From an uncultured delta proteobacterium (GTDB lineage: Bacteria > Myxococcota > UBA727 > VGSZ01), in contig CAVZJB010000012.1 of assembly GCA_963775425.1 (NCBI GenBank), forward strand, positions 128,001 through 192,000: a stretch of DNA of 64,000 bases, written 5' to 3'. Within the stretch, counting starts at the first letter, position 1. Each line of letters begins with the position of its first letter. The position numbers and the translations under genes were made by a program. A model generated the notes under the pieces. The model saw nothing but the letters and a program-made list of their open reading frames with translations. It did not search any database and was not told the DNA's origin. Below are positions 20,834-32,508 of this stretch, in pieces.

Positions 20834-21795
20834 GCGCGGCGCTCGCGGCGTGGGAGCGCTTCTGGTTCGCGCCCGCGAGCGGCGCGCGCATGGCCCGCGT
20901 GCGCATGCTCCTGGGCGCGGCGCTCGTCATCAAGCTCACCTCGACGTACGGGCTCGTGCCGCGGCTGTTCTACGGCCACTACCGGCCGGGCTTTCCGGCG
21001 CACGAGTACACGGCCTACCAATGGCGCGGCTTCCGCGTGCCCTTCGTCGACGCCTTCGCCATCCACTCGCTCCACACCTACCGCGCCGTCGAGGACGCCG
21101 CGCTCGTCGCGGCGCTCTTGTTCCTCGCAGGCGCCGGCGGGCGCGTCACCGGCGCCGCCGTCGCCGTGCTGTACGCGCTGCTGTTCAACACGAGCGTCCT
21201 CGCGTTCAGCCACAACGAGCTGTTGCTGTTGTTGGCGCTCACCATCGTGGGCCTGTCGCCGTCCACGGATCGCTGGTCGGTGGACGCGTTGGTGCGCCGC
21301 CGCTTGTCGCGGCCGGCGCGCGGCGTCCGCACCATGATGCCCGCGCGCATGCTGCAGGTGCTCGTGTCCACCGTGTATTCGTTCACCGTCATCGCCAAGC
21401 TCAACAAGGGCTGGCTCACGGGCATCGCGCTGCACGACGCGCTCTTGAAACACGTCCCCCACTTCCGCGCGCTGCGCTCCCTCGCCTTCACGCTGCCGGA
21501 CTCCGACTGGGTGTACGTGCCGCCGATGTGGGCGGTGCTCGTCGTGGAGACGTTCCTGGCGTTCGGCTTCTGGTTCCCGCGTACGCGCAAGCTGGCGCTC
21601 GTGGTGGGGCTGCTGTTCCACCTGGGCATCGAGCTCACGATGGACGTCGGCGCCTACAGCTTCGCGTTCTGCGCGTTGTACGCGGCGTTCTTCGCGCCTG
21701 GCGCGCCGCGGACCGGCACGCCCGAGGCCGGGGGCGCTCGGCCTCCCTCGACGCACGCGGAGTTGTCAGGCCCCGCCGTCGACGTGCCGGACTAG
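20830..21795 (+). CDS. HTTM-domain membrane protein (vitamin K-dependent carboxylase/SdpB-like)
   Basis: WERFWFAP, FSHNELL, LQVLVSTVYSFTVIAKLNKGWLTG, GLLFHLGIELTMDVGAYS. Confidence 0.82.
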   Translation: MSAALAAWERFWFAPASGARMARVRMLLGAALVIKLTSTYGLVPRLFYGHYRPGFPAHEYTAYQWRGFRVPFVDAFAIHSLHTYRAVEDAALVAALLFLAGAGGRVTGAAVAVLYALLFNTSVLAFSHNELLLLLALTIVGLSPSTDRWSVDALVRRRLSRPARGVRTMMPARMLQVLVSTVYSFTVIAKLNKGWLTGIALHDALLKHVPHFRALRSLAFTLPDSDWVYVPPMWAVLVVETFLAFGFWFPRTRKLALVVGLLFHLGIELTMDVGAYSFAFCALYAAFFAPGAPRTGTPEAGGARPPSTHAELSGPAVDVPD

Positions 21796-21803
21796 GCTGC
21801 GCC

Positions 21804-23021
21804 ATGCGCATGCGCGCGCATATGCTCCTCCTCGTCACCGGCTGCGTCGGCGGCCCGCTCGCGTGCGTCGCGCGGCCGTCCATCGAGCCGTCGCCGGGCT
21901 TGTCGCCGCCGGACTGCGAGACGCCGAGCGTCGTCGACGGAAAGGACGTGACGCCGCTCGGGCCCGGCGACACCGTCGAGGGCGACGTCGGCGACGGCGA
22001 CACCTACGCCTTCTGTATGGCGGCCGGCGACTGGCTGCGCTTCACGTTCGAGGAGCCGCAGACGGTGCAGCAGCCGGTGCTGAGCGTGAGCCGCGGGAGC
22101 GCCGAGATCGCCGAGAACCGCTTCTACGTGTTCGAGGCCGACCCCGCCGCGCAGCTCTACGCGCCCGCCGACGCGGTGTTCACCCTGCGCCTGTCGCCGC
22201 TGTCGCCGGACTTCCCGGGCGGCTACGCGCTGACGCTCTCCCGCCCGGGCGACGACGTCGCCGTGGACCCGCGCGCGGTGTCGTTCGGCCAGCAGGTGTA
22301 CGGGACGCTCGACAACGTCGGCGACGTCGACGAGATCGCGCTGCCGGCGGTGGACGCCCCCGGCGTCGTCGCGGTGTCGGCGGCCATCGCCGGCTTCTTC
22401 GGAAACGGCGCCTCGTTCTCACCGGTGGTCGAGGTCGTCGACGACGCGGGCCTGGTGCAGGCGCACCTCGACTTCTCGAACACCCGGCGGCTGGAGGTGC
22501 CCGTGGACGCCGGCGCGTACACGCTGCGCGTCGCCGGCGGCGGCGGCGAGCGGCCGTTCTACGCGCTCGAGGAGGTGTCGCTGTCGTCGTCGCCGGTCGT
22601 CGAAGAGGACGACGCGCACAACGGCACGCTCGCCGGCGCGCAGGCGCTCTCCCTCGAGCAGACGGCGCCGGGCCGGCGCGAACGCACGGTGGTGGTGCAG
22701 CTCGCGCTCGGCGACGTCGACGTCTTCTCCTTCCTCGCCGTCGCCGGCGAGACGGCTTCGTTTTCGTGTCGGGCTGCGTCGGCGGGCTCCGGCGCGCGCG
22801 ACCTGCAGGTGGAGCTCTTCGACGCGACGGGCTCGCTCCTGCAGCTCGCGCAGGAGGAGCTCCGCGACCACGACTTCGTCGGCGGCACGCGCACGTTCCT
22901 CGAGGCCGCCGACGCCGCTCACCCCGCGCCCGGCGGGCTCGTGTACGGCAGCGTGCAGGCGGGTGCGTTCGACCATGACGTCGCCGGCCGCTACGCCATC
23001 TGCACGGCCTCCGCCGGCTGA
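21804..23021 (+). CDS. secreted/lipoprotein with PPC-like (pre-peptidase C-terminal) beta-sandwich repeats
   Basis: Signal-like N-terminus with Cys; GDGDTYAF, YGTLDNVGDVD, EEDDAHNGTLAGAQ, GDVDVFSF. Confidence 0.65.
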   Translation: MRMRAHMLLLVTGCVGGPLACVARPSIEPSPGLSPPDCETPSVVDGKDVTPLGPGDTVEGDVGDGDTYAFCMAAGDWLRFTFEEPQTVQQPVLSVSRGSAEIAENRFYVFEADPAAQLYAPADAVFTLRLSPLSPDFPGGYALTLSRPGDDVAVDPRAVSFGQQVYGTLDNVGDVDEIALPAVDAPGVVAVSAAIAGFFGNGASFSPVVEVVDDAGLVQAHLDFSNTRRLEVPVDAGAYTLRVAGGGGERPFYALEEVSLSSSPVVEEDDAHNGTLAGAQALSLEQTAPGRRERTVVVQLALGDVDVFSFLAVAGETASFSCRAASAGSGARDLQVELFDATGSLLQLAQEELRDHDFVGGTRTFLEAADAAHPAPGGLVYGSVQAGAFDHDVAGRYAICTASAG

Positions 23022-23506
23022 GCCGTCGTGGGACGAAAGCGGCGCCGATTGGACGAGCTTCCCCGGCACGCCCTCCGACGCCGCGGCGCCGTGGGGCTTC
23101 GCCGGCGACGACGTGTGGGCCGGCGCGGGCAGAGCCTCGCGCGCTTCCTCACGCTCGACAGCCCCGTCGCGATGCAGCACGTGAGCGGGCGCGTGCTCGC
23201 CGTCGACGAGACGGGTGGGGTGTGGGAGCGCACGGCGGCCGGCTGGGCCGTCGTCGCGGAGCCGCAGACGCCCGCGGACCCCTTCTTCGAGGCGACGGTC
23301 ACCTCCGCCGCCTTCGTCGACGACCACACCGGCGTGCTCGTCGCGCCGTTCGTGGTCTGGCGCGCTTCGACGGGACGAGCCTCGTGCCCGATGACAGCTT
23401 CGGCGCCGGCGGCGCCGGCGCGCCGTTCTCCGTGGTCGGCTCCACGCCGTCGGGCCACGTCTTTGGCGTCGGCTCCGGTCCCAACGTCTTGCATCGCTCG
23501 CCCTGA
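23022..23506 (+). pseudogene. frameshifted remnant of a beta-propeller repeat protein
   Basis: Propeller-like text moves across three frames: WGFAGDDVWAGAG, then QSLARF...GGVWERTAAGW...GVLVAPF, then GLARFDGTSL...GHVFGVGSGPNVLHRSP*. No start codon or RBS seen. Confidence 0.5.
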
Positions 23507-23523
23507 CTCGGCATGACCGGCGC

Positions 23524-24198
23524 ATGCAGGTCCTGAAGAGCACCAAGGCGATCATCGCGGGCATGTTGACCACGCTGAAGCACACGGTCCGCCCGTCGGA
23601 GACGGTGCTGTATCCCGAGGTGAAGCGGCCGGTGGCCCCGCGCTTCAAGGGCCGTCACCGGCTGCACAAGGTCGTCGACGAAAAGACCGGCAAGGAGCTC
23701 GAGCGCTGCATCGGCTGCCACCTGTGCGCCGCGGCCTGCCCGTCGAACGCCATCTACGTCGAGGCCGCCGACAACGACCCGAAGAACCCGGCCTCGCCGG
23801 GCGAGCGCTACGCGGTGCACTACGAGATCAACATGCTCCGGTGCATCTTTTGCGGCTACTGCGAGGAGGCTTGCCCGGTCGACGCCATCAAGCTCGGGCC
23901 CGAGTACGAGCTCGCCGACGCGGACCGCCACGCCCTCGTGTACACCAAGGAGATGCTGCTCTCTCCGGACAAGTACGCGCCCAAGCCCCAGTTTCACGGC
24001 GACGTCGACAAGGGCGACAAGTGGCCGAGCGTCATCAAGCTCGACAGCGACAAGGACCTCGACACCGTCTACAAGACGCACAACCCGCTCGGCGTCACCA
24101 AGAGCCAGACGCACGACCACAGCGAGCCGCGCGCGCCCCGCGAGGAGAGCGTCGAGCTGAACGAGGAAAACCGCGCCCGCCTCGGCATCCACGACTGA
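23524..24198 (+). CDS. nuoI: NADH-quinone oxidoreductase subunit I
   Basis: RFKGRH, CIGCHLCAAACP, YEINMLRCIFCGYCEEACP. Confidence 0.95.
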   Translation: MQVLKSTKAIIAGMLTTLKHTVRPSETVLYPEVKRPVAPRFKGRHRLHKVVDEKTGKELERCIGCHLCAAACPSNAIYVEAADNDPKNPASPGERYAVHYEINMLRCIFCGYCEEACPVDAIKLGPEYELADADRHALVYTKEMLLSPDKYAPKPQFHGDVDKGDKWPSVIKLDSDKDLDTVYKTHNPLGVTKSQTHDHSEPRAPREESVELNEENRARLGIHD

Positions 24199-24234
24199 AG
24201 ACGCGGACGAAGATCGTGGCCGGCCTTCCGTGCG

Positions 24235-26381
<2,147 letters not shown>

Positions 26382-26500
26382 CGCGCGTGAGCATACCCCG
26401 GGTCCGACGTTCGCACCCCCGACGGGGCCCGCCCGCGTCACGCGTCTCGCACGCGCCCGCTCCACCGCGGACAACGGCGCCGCTGTAGAGTGCGCGTCCG

Positions 26501-28027
26501 ATGGAATTCCTCCGGATCTCATGGAACGAAGCGCAGGAAGCGCTGACGCCCTGGACCTTCGCGCTCCTCGTCGTGGTCGCGCTGCTCTCTCGCGCTTCGC
26601 CCGCGGCGCGCCACCAGCGGCTGCCGGGCACATACGCCCTGTTCGGGCTGCACGTCCTGCTCGTCGCGGTCACGGCCGGCCTCGACGTGGCCCACAACGT
26701 CGGCGCCGACGACGCCCGCATCGCCGCGCGCGTGCTCGGCGCCATGGCCCTCGTCGGCGCCGGCGGCGCCTTCGTCTTCGGCGCGCTGATGCCGCGTACG
26801 CGGCTCCAGGTCTCTCGCATCATCCAGGACCTGCTGGTGGCGGCGCTCACCATCGTCGTCGTGCTCGCCGTCCTGGCGAGGATGGGCGTGTCGATCTCGG
26901 GGCTCGTCGCCACCTCCGCCGTCGTCACGGCGGTCATCGGCTTCTCGCTGCAGGACACGCTCGGCAACACGATGGGCGGCATCGCCCTTCAGGCCGACGG
27001 CAGCATCAAGGTCGGCGACTGGATCCTGGTCGGCGATCACGTCGGCAAGGTCTCGGAGATCCGTTGGCGCTACACCGCCATCGAGACCCGCAACTGGGAG
27101 ACGGTGCTCCTGCCCAACAGCGTGCTGATGAAGGGGCCCGTCAAGGTGCTCGGCCGGCGCAACGGTCAGCCCGAGCAGCTCCGCCGCTGGGTCTGGTTCA
27201 ACGTCGACTTCCGCACGCATCCCTCCGAGGTCATCGAGGCGGTGCAGAAGGCGTTGAACGAATATCCCATCGAGCGCGTGGCGCACGATCCCGCGCCCAA
27301 CGTGGTGCTCATGGACCTGCACGACAGCTACGGGCGCTACGCCGCGCGCTACTGGCTCACGGACCTCGCCGTCGACGACCCCACCGACAGCGTGGTGAGG
27401 GCGCGGATCATGTTCGCCCTCGAGCGCGTGGGCATCCCGCTGTCCATCCCCGCGCAGGCCGTGTTCGTCACCGAGGAGAACCGGAAGCGCAAGGAGCATA
27501 AGAGCCAACGCGACCTGCAAAAGCGCCTCGACGCGCTGCACGCGGTGGATCTGTTCGCGCCGCTCGACGACGACGACCTCCTGAGGCTCGCACAGTCGCT
27601 CCACGCCGCGCCCTTCGCGCGGGGCGAGCTCATCACGCGGCAAGGGGCCGAGGCCCACTGGCTCTACCTCGTGAACGAGGGCGACGTCGTCGTGCGCGCC
27701 GCCAAGGACGGCGTCACGCGCGAGGTCGCGCGCCTGGGTGCCGGCAGCTTCTTCGGCGAGATGTCGCTGATGACGGGCGAGCCCCGCAGCGCCACCGTCT
27801 TCGCCGTCACCGACGTCGACTGCTGGCGCCTCGACAAGTCGGCCTTCCAGGAGCTCGTGAGCCGCCGGCCCGACGTGGCCAAGCCCATCGCCGAGCTCCT
27901 CGCGGAGCGCCGCGCCCGCCGCCGCGCCATCGACGAGAGCCTGAGCGCGGAGGCCCGCGCCAAGGCCAAGCTCGACGACGAAAACAATCTGCTCCGCCGC
28001 ATGAAGGCCTTCTTCGGCCTGGACTGA
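26501..28027 (+). CDS. MscS-family mechanosensitive channel with a cyclic-nucleotide-binding domain
   Basis: VIGFSLQDTLGN...GSIKVGDWI...VLLPNS; C-terminal GSFFGEMSLMTGEPRSATV. Confidence 0.92.
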   Translation: MEFLRISWNEAQEALTPWTFALLVVVALLSRASPAARHQRLPGTYALFGLHVLLVAVTAGLDVAHNVGADDARIAARVLGAMALVGAGGAFVFGALMPRTRLQVSRIIQDLLVAALTIVVVLAVLARMGVSISGLVATSAVVTAVIGFSLQDTLGNTMGGIALQADGSIKVGDWILVGDHVGKVSEIRWRYTAIETRNWETVLLPNSVLMKGPVKVLGRRNGQPEQLRRWVWFNVDFRTHPSEVIEAVQKALNEYPIERVAHDPAPNVVLMDLHDSYGRYAARYWLTDLAVDDPTDSVVRARIMFALERVGIPLSIPAQAVFVTEENRKRKEHKSQRDLQKRLDALHAVDLFAPLDDDDLLRLAQSLHAAPFARGELITRQGAEAHWLYLVNEGDVVVRAAKDGVTREVARLGAGSFFGEMSLMTGEPRSATVFAVTDVDCWRLDKSAFQELVSRRPDVAKPIAELLAERRARRRAIDESLSAEARAKAKLDDENNLLRRMKAFFGLD

Positions 28028-28039
28028 GCCCCGATCGCC

Positions 28040-29077
28040 TCAGCGGGCGGCTCTCTTGTTCGCCTTCAGCTCGTCGATGTGCTTCTTCACGCGCGCGTCG
28101 TGCGGGCGGAGGCGCTTGACCTGCTCGTAGCGCTTGATGGCCTCCTTGAAGTCGCCGGCGCGCTCGGCGATGTCGCCGAGGAGCGCGAGGGCCTGCACGT
28201 TCTTCGGGTCGACGTGCACCGTGTCCTCGAGGAGCTTCTTCGCCTTGTTGTCGTCGCTGCCGAGCTTGCCGAGCGACACGCCGAGGCCGGCCTTGGCGCG
28301 GGCGTCGTCGGGCTCCACCTGGAGCACGCGCAGGAAGCGCTTCACGGCGCTCTTGTCGTCGCCCGCGGCGCTCTCGATGAGGCCGAGCTGCACGAGGGTC
28401 GGCACGTGGGTGTCGTCGAGCTCGAGCGCGCGGTGCAGGGCGTCCTTGGCGCCCTTGGTGTCGCCGAGGCCGGCGTCGGCGCTGCCGAGGTTGTAGTAGG
28501 CGTCCGGCGACTGCGGCGCGAGCGACACCGCCTGCGCCGCCTGCTCCTTGGCGTCCTTGAAGTGGCCGGTGACGGTGAGCGCGTACGCCGCGTCCATGCG
28601 AACGTCTGCGTCGGCGGGGGCGAGCTTGGCGGCCTCGACGAGCGCCTTGGCGGCGTCGTCGTTCTTGCCGGCCTCGAGGAGGGCCATGCCGAGCTCGTGG
28701 TGGAGCGCCGGCGACCTGGGCAGCGCCTTCACGCCCCTCTCGTACGCCGCGAGCGCCTGCGGGAACTGCTCGGCGCTGTCGAGGGCGACGCCGAGGAGCT
28801 CCCAGCCCTTCTCGCTCTTCGGGTTGAGCTTGGTGGCGTTTTCGAGGTGGGGCACCGCGTCCTTGGGCTTCTTCATCTGCAGGAGCGCGAGCCCGTACGC
28901 CGCCTCCGCGCGCGCCTTCTGCGCGTCGGTGATGTCGGTGGCGGCGAGCGCCCGCTGCAGCGGCGACACGGCGCGCTTGGCGTCGCCGCGCTGGACCAAT
29001 CCCTCGCCGAGCTTGACGAGGTCCTCGGTGGCGGGAGGCGCGAGGGCGATGGAGAGGGCGAGGAGGAGGGCGCGCAT
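28040..29077 (-). CDS. secreted tetratricopeptide repeat protein
   Basis: Signal MRALLLALSIALA; about nine TPR-like repeats (AYYNLG, LGVAL, LGDIA). Confidence 0.88.
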   Translation of the reverse strand: MRALLLALSIALAPPATEDLVKLGEGLVQRGDAKRAVSPLQRALAATDITDAQKARAEAAYGLALLQMKKPKDAVPHLENATKLNPKSEKGWELLGVALDSAEQFPQALAAYERGVKALPRSPALHHELGMALLEAGKNDDAAKALVEAAKLAPADADVRMDAAYALTVTGHFKDAKEQAAQAVSLAPQSPDAYYNLGSADAGLGDTKGAKDALHRALELDDTHVPTLVQLGLIESAAGDDKSAVKRFLRVLQVEPDDARAKAGLGVSLGKLGSDDNKAKKLLEDTVHVDPKNVQALALLGDIAERAGDFKEAIKRYEQVKRLRPHDARVKKHIDELKANKRAAR

Positions 29078-29161
29078 AGCGGCGTGTCTACCATCGACGA
29101 CGTCCGCCGCCCATGCATTCACCTGCCGTGAATACGCGGCGCGCGCTACCGTCGGTGGGAC

Positions 29162-29989
29162 ATGCGCTCCCCGTTCTCCCCCGCAGCACCGCTCCTGTTC
29201 ACCGTCGTCGCGGGCCTCGCGGTCCTGCCATGGGCCGGCTCGGCGCGCGCGCAGCCGGGCCGCGCCGACGACTGCGCGGTCGCGCAGCGCGCGTCGGCGC
29301 TCGCCGGCAGGGAGGGCGCCGATCGCCGTCCCTTCGAAGCGCTCGCCGCGCTTGTGTGCGCGCCCGCCTCGCCGTCGCGGCCGCGCGAAGAGCGCGCCGA
29401 CGACCGGCGCTGGTTCCTCGGGAAGGGCGCCACGCGCATCGTGGGCGTGCCCCAGGGGACGCGGCTGCTCGACGGACGCGGGAGCGCCGTCCGCCGCATC
29501 GAGAACCTCCCGGACTCGCTCGAGGTGCTGCTCCTCGGTGGCACCGCCATCGAGCGCCTGGAGAACCTGCCGAGGAACCTGCGCGTGGTCGACGTGTCCG
29601 GGACGGCCGTGAAGCGCATCGAGAACCTGCCGTCGGGGGTGCGGGTGCTCGGCCTGCGCGGCACGCAGGTGAAGCGCATCGAGAACCTCCCGCCCTCGGT
29701 GGAGCTGCTCGACGTGAGGGACACGCCTGTCGCGCGCATCGAGAACCTCACGTCGTCGGTGAAGGCGCTCCTCGCGTCCGGCTCGCAGGTGAAGCGCATC
29801 GAGAACATCACGAGCACGCTGCGCATCCTCGACGTGCAGCGCACGCCGGTGACCCACCTCGAGAACCTGCCGCTCGGCACCTGCGTCGTCACCGACCTGG
29901 CCTCGAACGGCGCCCGCGTCGCCCCAACCATCCGCGACTGCCCGGGAGGCCGCGCGCTCCTGCGCGACCTCGGCGCCCCGGACCGCTGA
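29162..29989 (+). CDS. secreted leucine-rich repeat protein (20-aa units)
   Basis: Signal peptide; seven regular xVxRIENLPxxLxxLxLxGT repeats. Confidence 0.85.
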   Translation: MRSPFSPAAPLLFTVVAGLAVLPWAGSARAQPGRADDCAVAQRASALAGREGADRRPFEALAALVCAPASPSRPREERADDRRWFLGKGATRIVGVPQGTRLLDGRGSAVRRIENLPDSLEVLLLGGTAIERLENLPRNLRVVDVSGTAVKRIENLPSGVRVLGLRGTQVKRIENLPPSVELLDVRDTPVARIENLTSSVKALLASGSQVKRIENITSTLRILDVQRTPVTHLENLPLGTCVVTDLASNGARVAPTIRDCPGGRALLRDLGAPDR

Positions 29990-30010
29990 CGGCGCCGCGC
30001 CGCCGTCGAG

Positions 30011-30955
30011 CTACGCGAGTGACGTCGGCGGGTACCACTCGCCGCCGGGCCGGCGGACGGGCTTGTCGGGGACGACGGCGGCGGCGGCGGCGCGCGCGCC
30101 GGCGTCGATGGCGCGAGCCTCCTCGAGCCACGCCGACAGCGCCGCGCGCTCCGGGGCCATGGCCGCCGCGAACATGTCGACGACGCGCGCGCGCGCGTCG
30201 TCGACGCCGCCGGCGCTGTCGAGGAGCTCCTTCGCGGCGAACGCGTCGCCGCCGAGCAACAGGTCGAGCGCGTGCCGGACCGCGGGCGGCAGCCCGGCGG
30301 GCTCGCCGCCGGCTTGCGCGCTCCAGGCCGCGTCGGTGGACGCGCTCGCGGGGCGCTTCGCAATCTGCTGGAGCCAGCGCGCGACGTTCGCGGCGGTGTT
30401 GCGCTGGAACACGTTGCGCTCTTCGGCGTCGTCGAGCTCGACGCTGGCGCGGGTGTGGAGGTGGACGTGGCCCTCGAGGTCGAGGGTGCCGTCGAACACG
30501 ATGAGATCGGTGAGCAGCGCGCGCCGGTCGATGACGTGCGCCAGCGCCGACGAGAAGTCGTGCACCACCGACATGAGCAGCGCGGGATCGAGCCCGCCCT
30601 CTCCGCAGCGCTCGACGACCAGCGGCAGCGGCGCGCCGAACACCACGCTGGTGGCGAACCAGCGCATGCCGTGCGCCTTCCCCGTGCCGATGACGCGCGG
30701 GAGGAGCGGGTGCGAGAGCGCCTGCCAGCCGCGCACGTCGCGGCGGTAGGCGTTGGCGTCGTTTTCATCGTCGTCGTCGTGCGCGAAGACCCACGCCGGC
30801 GCGCCGTCCTCGTCGACGCCGAGGGCCATCCCGAGCTTGGCCCACCACTTGGGCAGCTCCGCGAAGCGATACGGGTGGTTCAAGAGGCGGCCCCCGCTCG
30901 GGCCGCGCGGCTCCTTGACGATGGCGAAGCAATCGAACCTGCCGACGACGTCCAC
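30011..30955 (-). CDS. hypothetical protein with a degenerate Ser/Thr-kinase-like segment
   Basis: YRRDVRGWQALSHPLLPRVIGTG...VVFGAPL...FSSALAHV resembles kinase subdomains III-VIa; no HRD or DFG. Confidence 0.55.
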   Translation of the reverse strand: MDVVGRFDCFAIVKEPRGPSGGRLLNHPYRFAELPKWWAKLGMALGVDEDGAPAWVFAHDDDDENDANAYRRDVRGWQALSHPLLPRVIGTGKAHGMRWFATSVVFGAPLPLVVERCGEGGLDPALLMSVVHDFSSALAHVIDRRALLTDLIVFDGTLDLEGHVHLHTRASVELDDAEERNVFQRNTAANVARWLQQIAKRPASASTDAAWSAQAGGEPAGLPPAVRHALDLLLGGDAFAAKELLDSAGGVDDARARVVDMFAAAMAPERAALSAWLEEARAIDAGARAAAAAVVPDKPVRRPGGEWYPPTSLA

Positions 30956-30988
30956 GGCATCACTGTAGCGCCGTGGCCGAAGCGCCGC

Positions 30989-31522
30989 CTACTTCCTCGG
31001 GCGGAACGCCTTGACGACGGCCTCGTGCGTCTCGAGGTAGGGGCCGCCGATGAGGTCGACGCAGTAGGGCACCGCAGGCATGACGGCGAGCAGGCACTCG
31101 CGGATCGCCTTGATGCTCCCGGGCAGGTTGATGATCAGCGCGCTCCCGCGGACCACCGCCTCTTGTCGCGACAGGATGGCCGTGGGCACCTTCTCGAGCG
31201 ACACCTTGCGCATCAGCTCGCCGAAGCCGGGCATGTGCTTGTCGCCGACGGCGAGGGTGGCGTCGACGGTGACGTCGCGCCTGGCCGGCCCGGTGCCGCC
31301 GGTGGTGACGACGAGGCAGCAGCCGGCGTCGTCGACGAGCTCCACGAGCGCCCTCTCGATGAGCGCGCGCTCGTCGGGGATGAGCCGCGCCTGCACCTCG
31401 AAGGGCGTGGCGATCATCTCGCGCAACGCCGTCTCCAGCTCAGGCGTGCCCTTGTCCTCGTACTGCCCGCGGCTGGCGCGGTCCGACGCCGTGACGATCC
31501 CGATGCGCGTGGTGTCCGCCAT
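30989..31522 (-). CDS. mog: molybdopterin adenylyltransferase
   Basis: IGIVTASDRAS.G.YED, TTGGTGPARRDVT, PTAILSRQ, INLPGS, PYCVDLIGGPY. Confidence 0.95.
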   Translation of the reverse strand: MADTTRIGIVTASDRASRGQYEDKGTPELETALREMIATPFEVQARLIPDERALIERALVELVDDAGCCLVVTTGGTGPARRDVTVDATLAVGDKHMPGFGELMRKVSLEKVPTAILSRQEAVVRGSALIINLPGSIKAIRECLLAVMPAVPYCVDLIGGPYLETHEAVVKAFRPRK

Positions 31523-31543
31523 GCGCGCGCTCTAGCACGCCGC

Positions 31544-32398
31544 TCAGGAGAACCACACCGCGGCGAGCTCTTTTCGCCAGCGTTCGACGACGTCAGAGCG
31601 GCCGATCGCGTCGAAGCCGGTGACCATGGCCTTGCGCAGGTCGTCGCGGTCCGGCCCCTTGATGCGCTTGATGCCGTCGAGCAGCACGCCGAACGCGTCG
31701 TCGGCCTGGTCGCGCGAGAAGAGCGCGCCCGCGAGCCTCTGGGCGCGCGCGGCGTCGGGGGCGTCCGCGAGCGCGCGCCGCTCGGCGTCGACGTCGACCT
31801 CGACGACGGACGCGTCGAGCGCGTTTTGCACCTGGAACGCGAGGCCCGCCAGCGCTGCCGGCGCGTCCCCGGCGGCGGCGAGGTGCGCGCGCGCGCCGTC
31901 GGCGTCGCCGTCGCGGGCGAGAAACAGGGCCGTGCCGAGGTGGCCGGCGGCGCTGTCCTTGTCGAGCTCGAGGACCTTTTGGAAGGCGCGCCGCGCGGTC
32001 TCGAAGCCCTTGGCCTGCAGCGCCGCGAGCGCGGTGCGGACGAGCTTCTCGGTGGGGTCGGGGGCGACGCCGTCGAGGAATTTGCGCACCATCGGCTCGG
32101 GCTGCGCGCCGGTGAACTGGTCGACGACCTCCCCGTCCTTCACGGCGAACACCGCGGGGATCCCGCGCACGCCGAAGGTCTTCGCCCACGCCGGGTTTTC
32201 GTCCGTGTTCACCTTGGCGACGACGAACCTGCCGTTGCCCTCGCCGGCGAGCCGCTCGAGGACGGGGCCGAGCGCGCGACACGGCGCGCACCACGGCGCC
32301 CAGAAGTCGACGACCACCGGCCGCGTCTTGCTCTCGGCGAGCACCCGCTCCTCGAAGCTCGCGTCATCCACCTCGACGACGTTCGCGCCCGTTGCCAT
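31544..32398 (-). CDS. thioredoxin + TPR chaperedoxin (YbbN/CnoX-like)
   Basis: VVVDFWAPWCAPC followed by a helical TPR-like C-terminus ending RKELAAVWFS. Confidence 0.88.
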   Translation of the reverse strand: MATGANVVEVDDASFEERVLAESKTRPVVVDFWAPWCAPCRALGPVLERLAGEGNGRFVVAKVNTDENPAWAKTFGVRGIPAVFAVKDGEVVDQFTGAQPEPMVRKFLDGVAPDPTEKLVRTALAALQAKGFETARRAFQKVLELDKDSAAGHLGTALFLARDGDADGARAHLAAAGDAPAALAGLAFQVQNALDASVVEVDVDAERRALADAPDAARAQRLAGALFSRDQADDAFGVLLDGIKRIKGPDRDDLRKAMVTGFDAIGRSDVVERWRKELAAVWFS

Positions 32399-32460
32399 CG
32401 CGACCTCCGTGTAACCGCAAGGTGCTAACGAACGGCTCGTCGCGTTTCAACCGCACGAAC

Positions 32461-32490
32461 GCGAAGCGGGGGCTCTTGCCCCCGCTTCGC
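32461..32490. terminator. perfect 13-bp stem-loop downstream of the Gly/His/Asn-rich gene
   Basis: GCGAAGCGGGGGC-TCTT-GCCCCCGCTTCGC. No clear U-tract. Confidence 0.6.
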
Positions 32491-32508
32491 CCCTCTCGCG
32501 CACCGCGC

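Noticed and set aside
26501-28027. MscS-cNMP fusion as a novelty
   Set aside because: This is an already described channel architecture.
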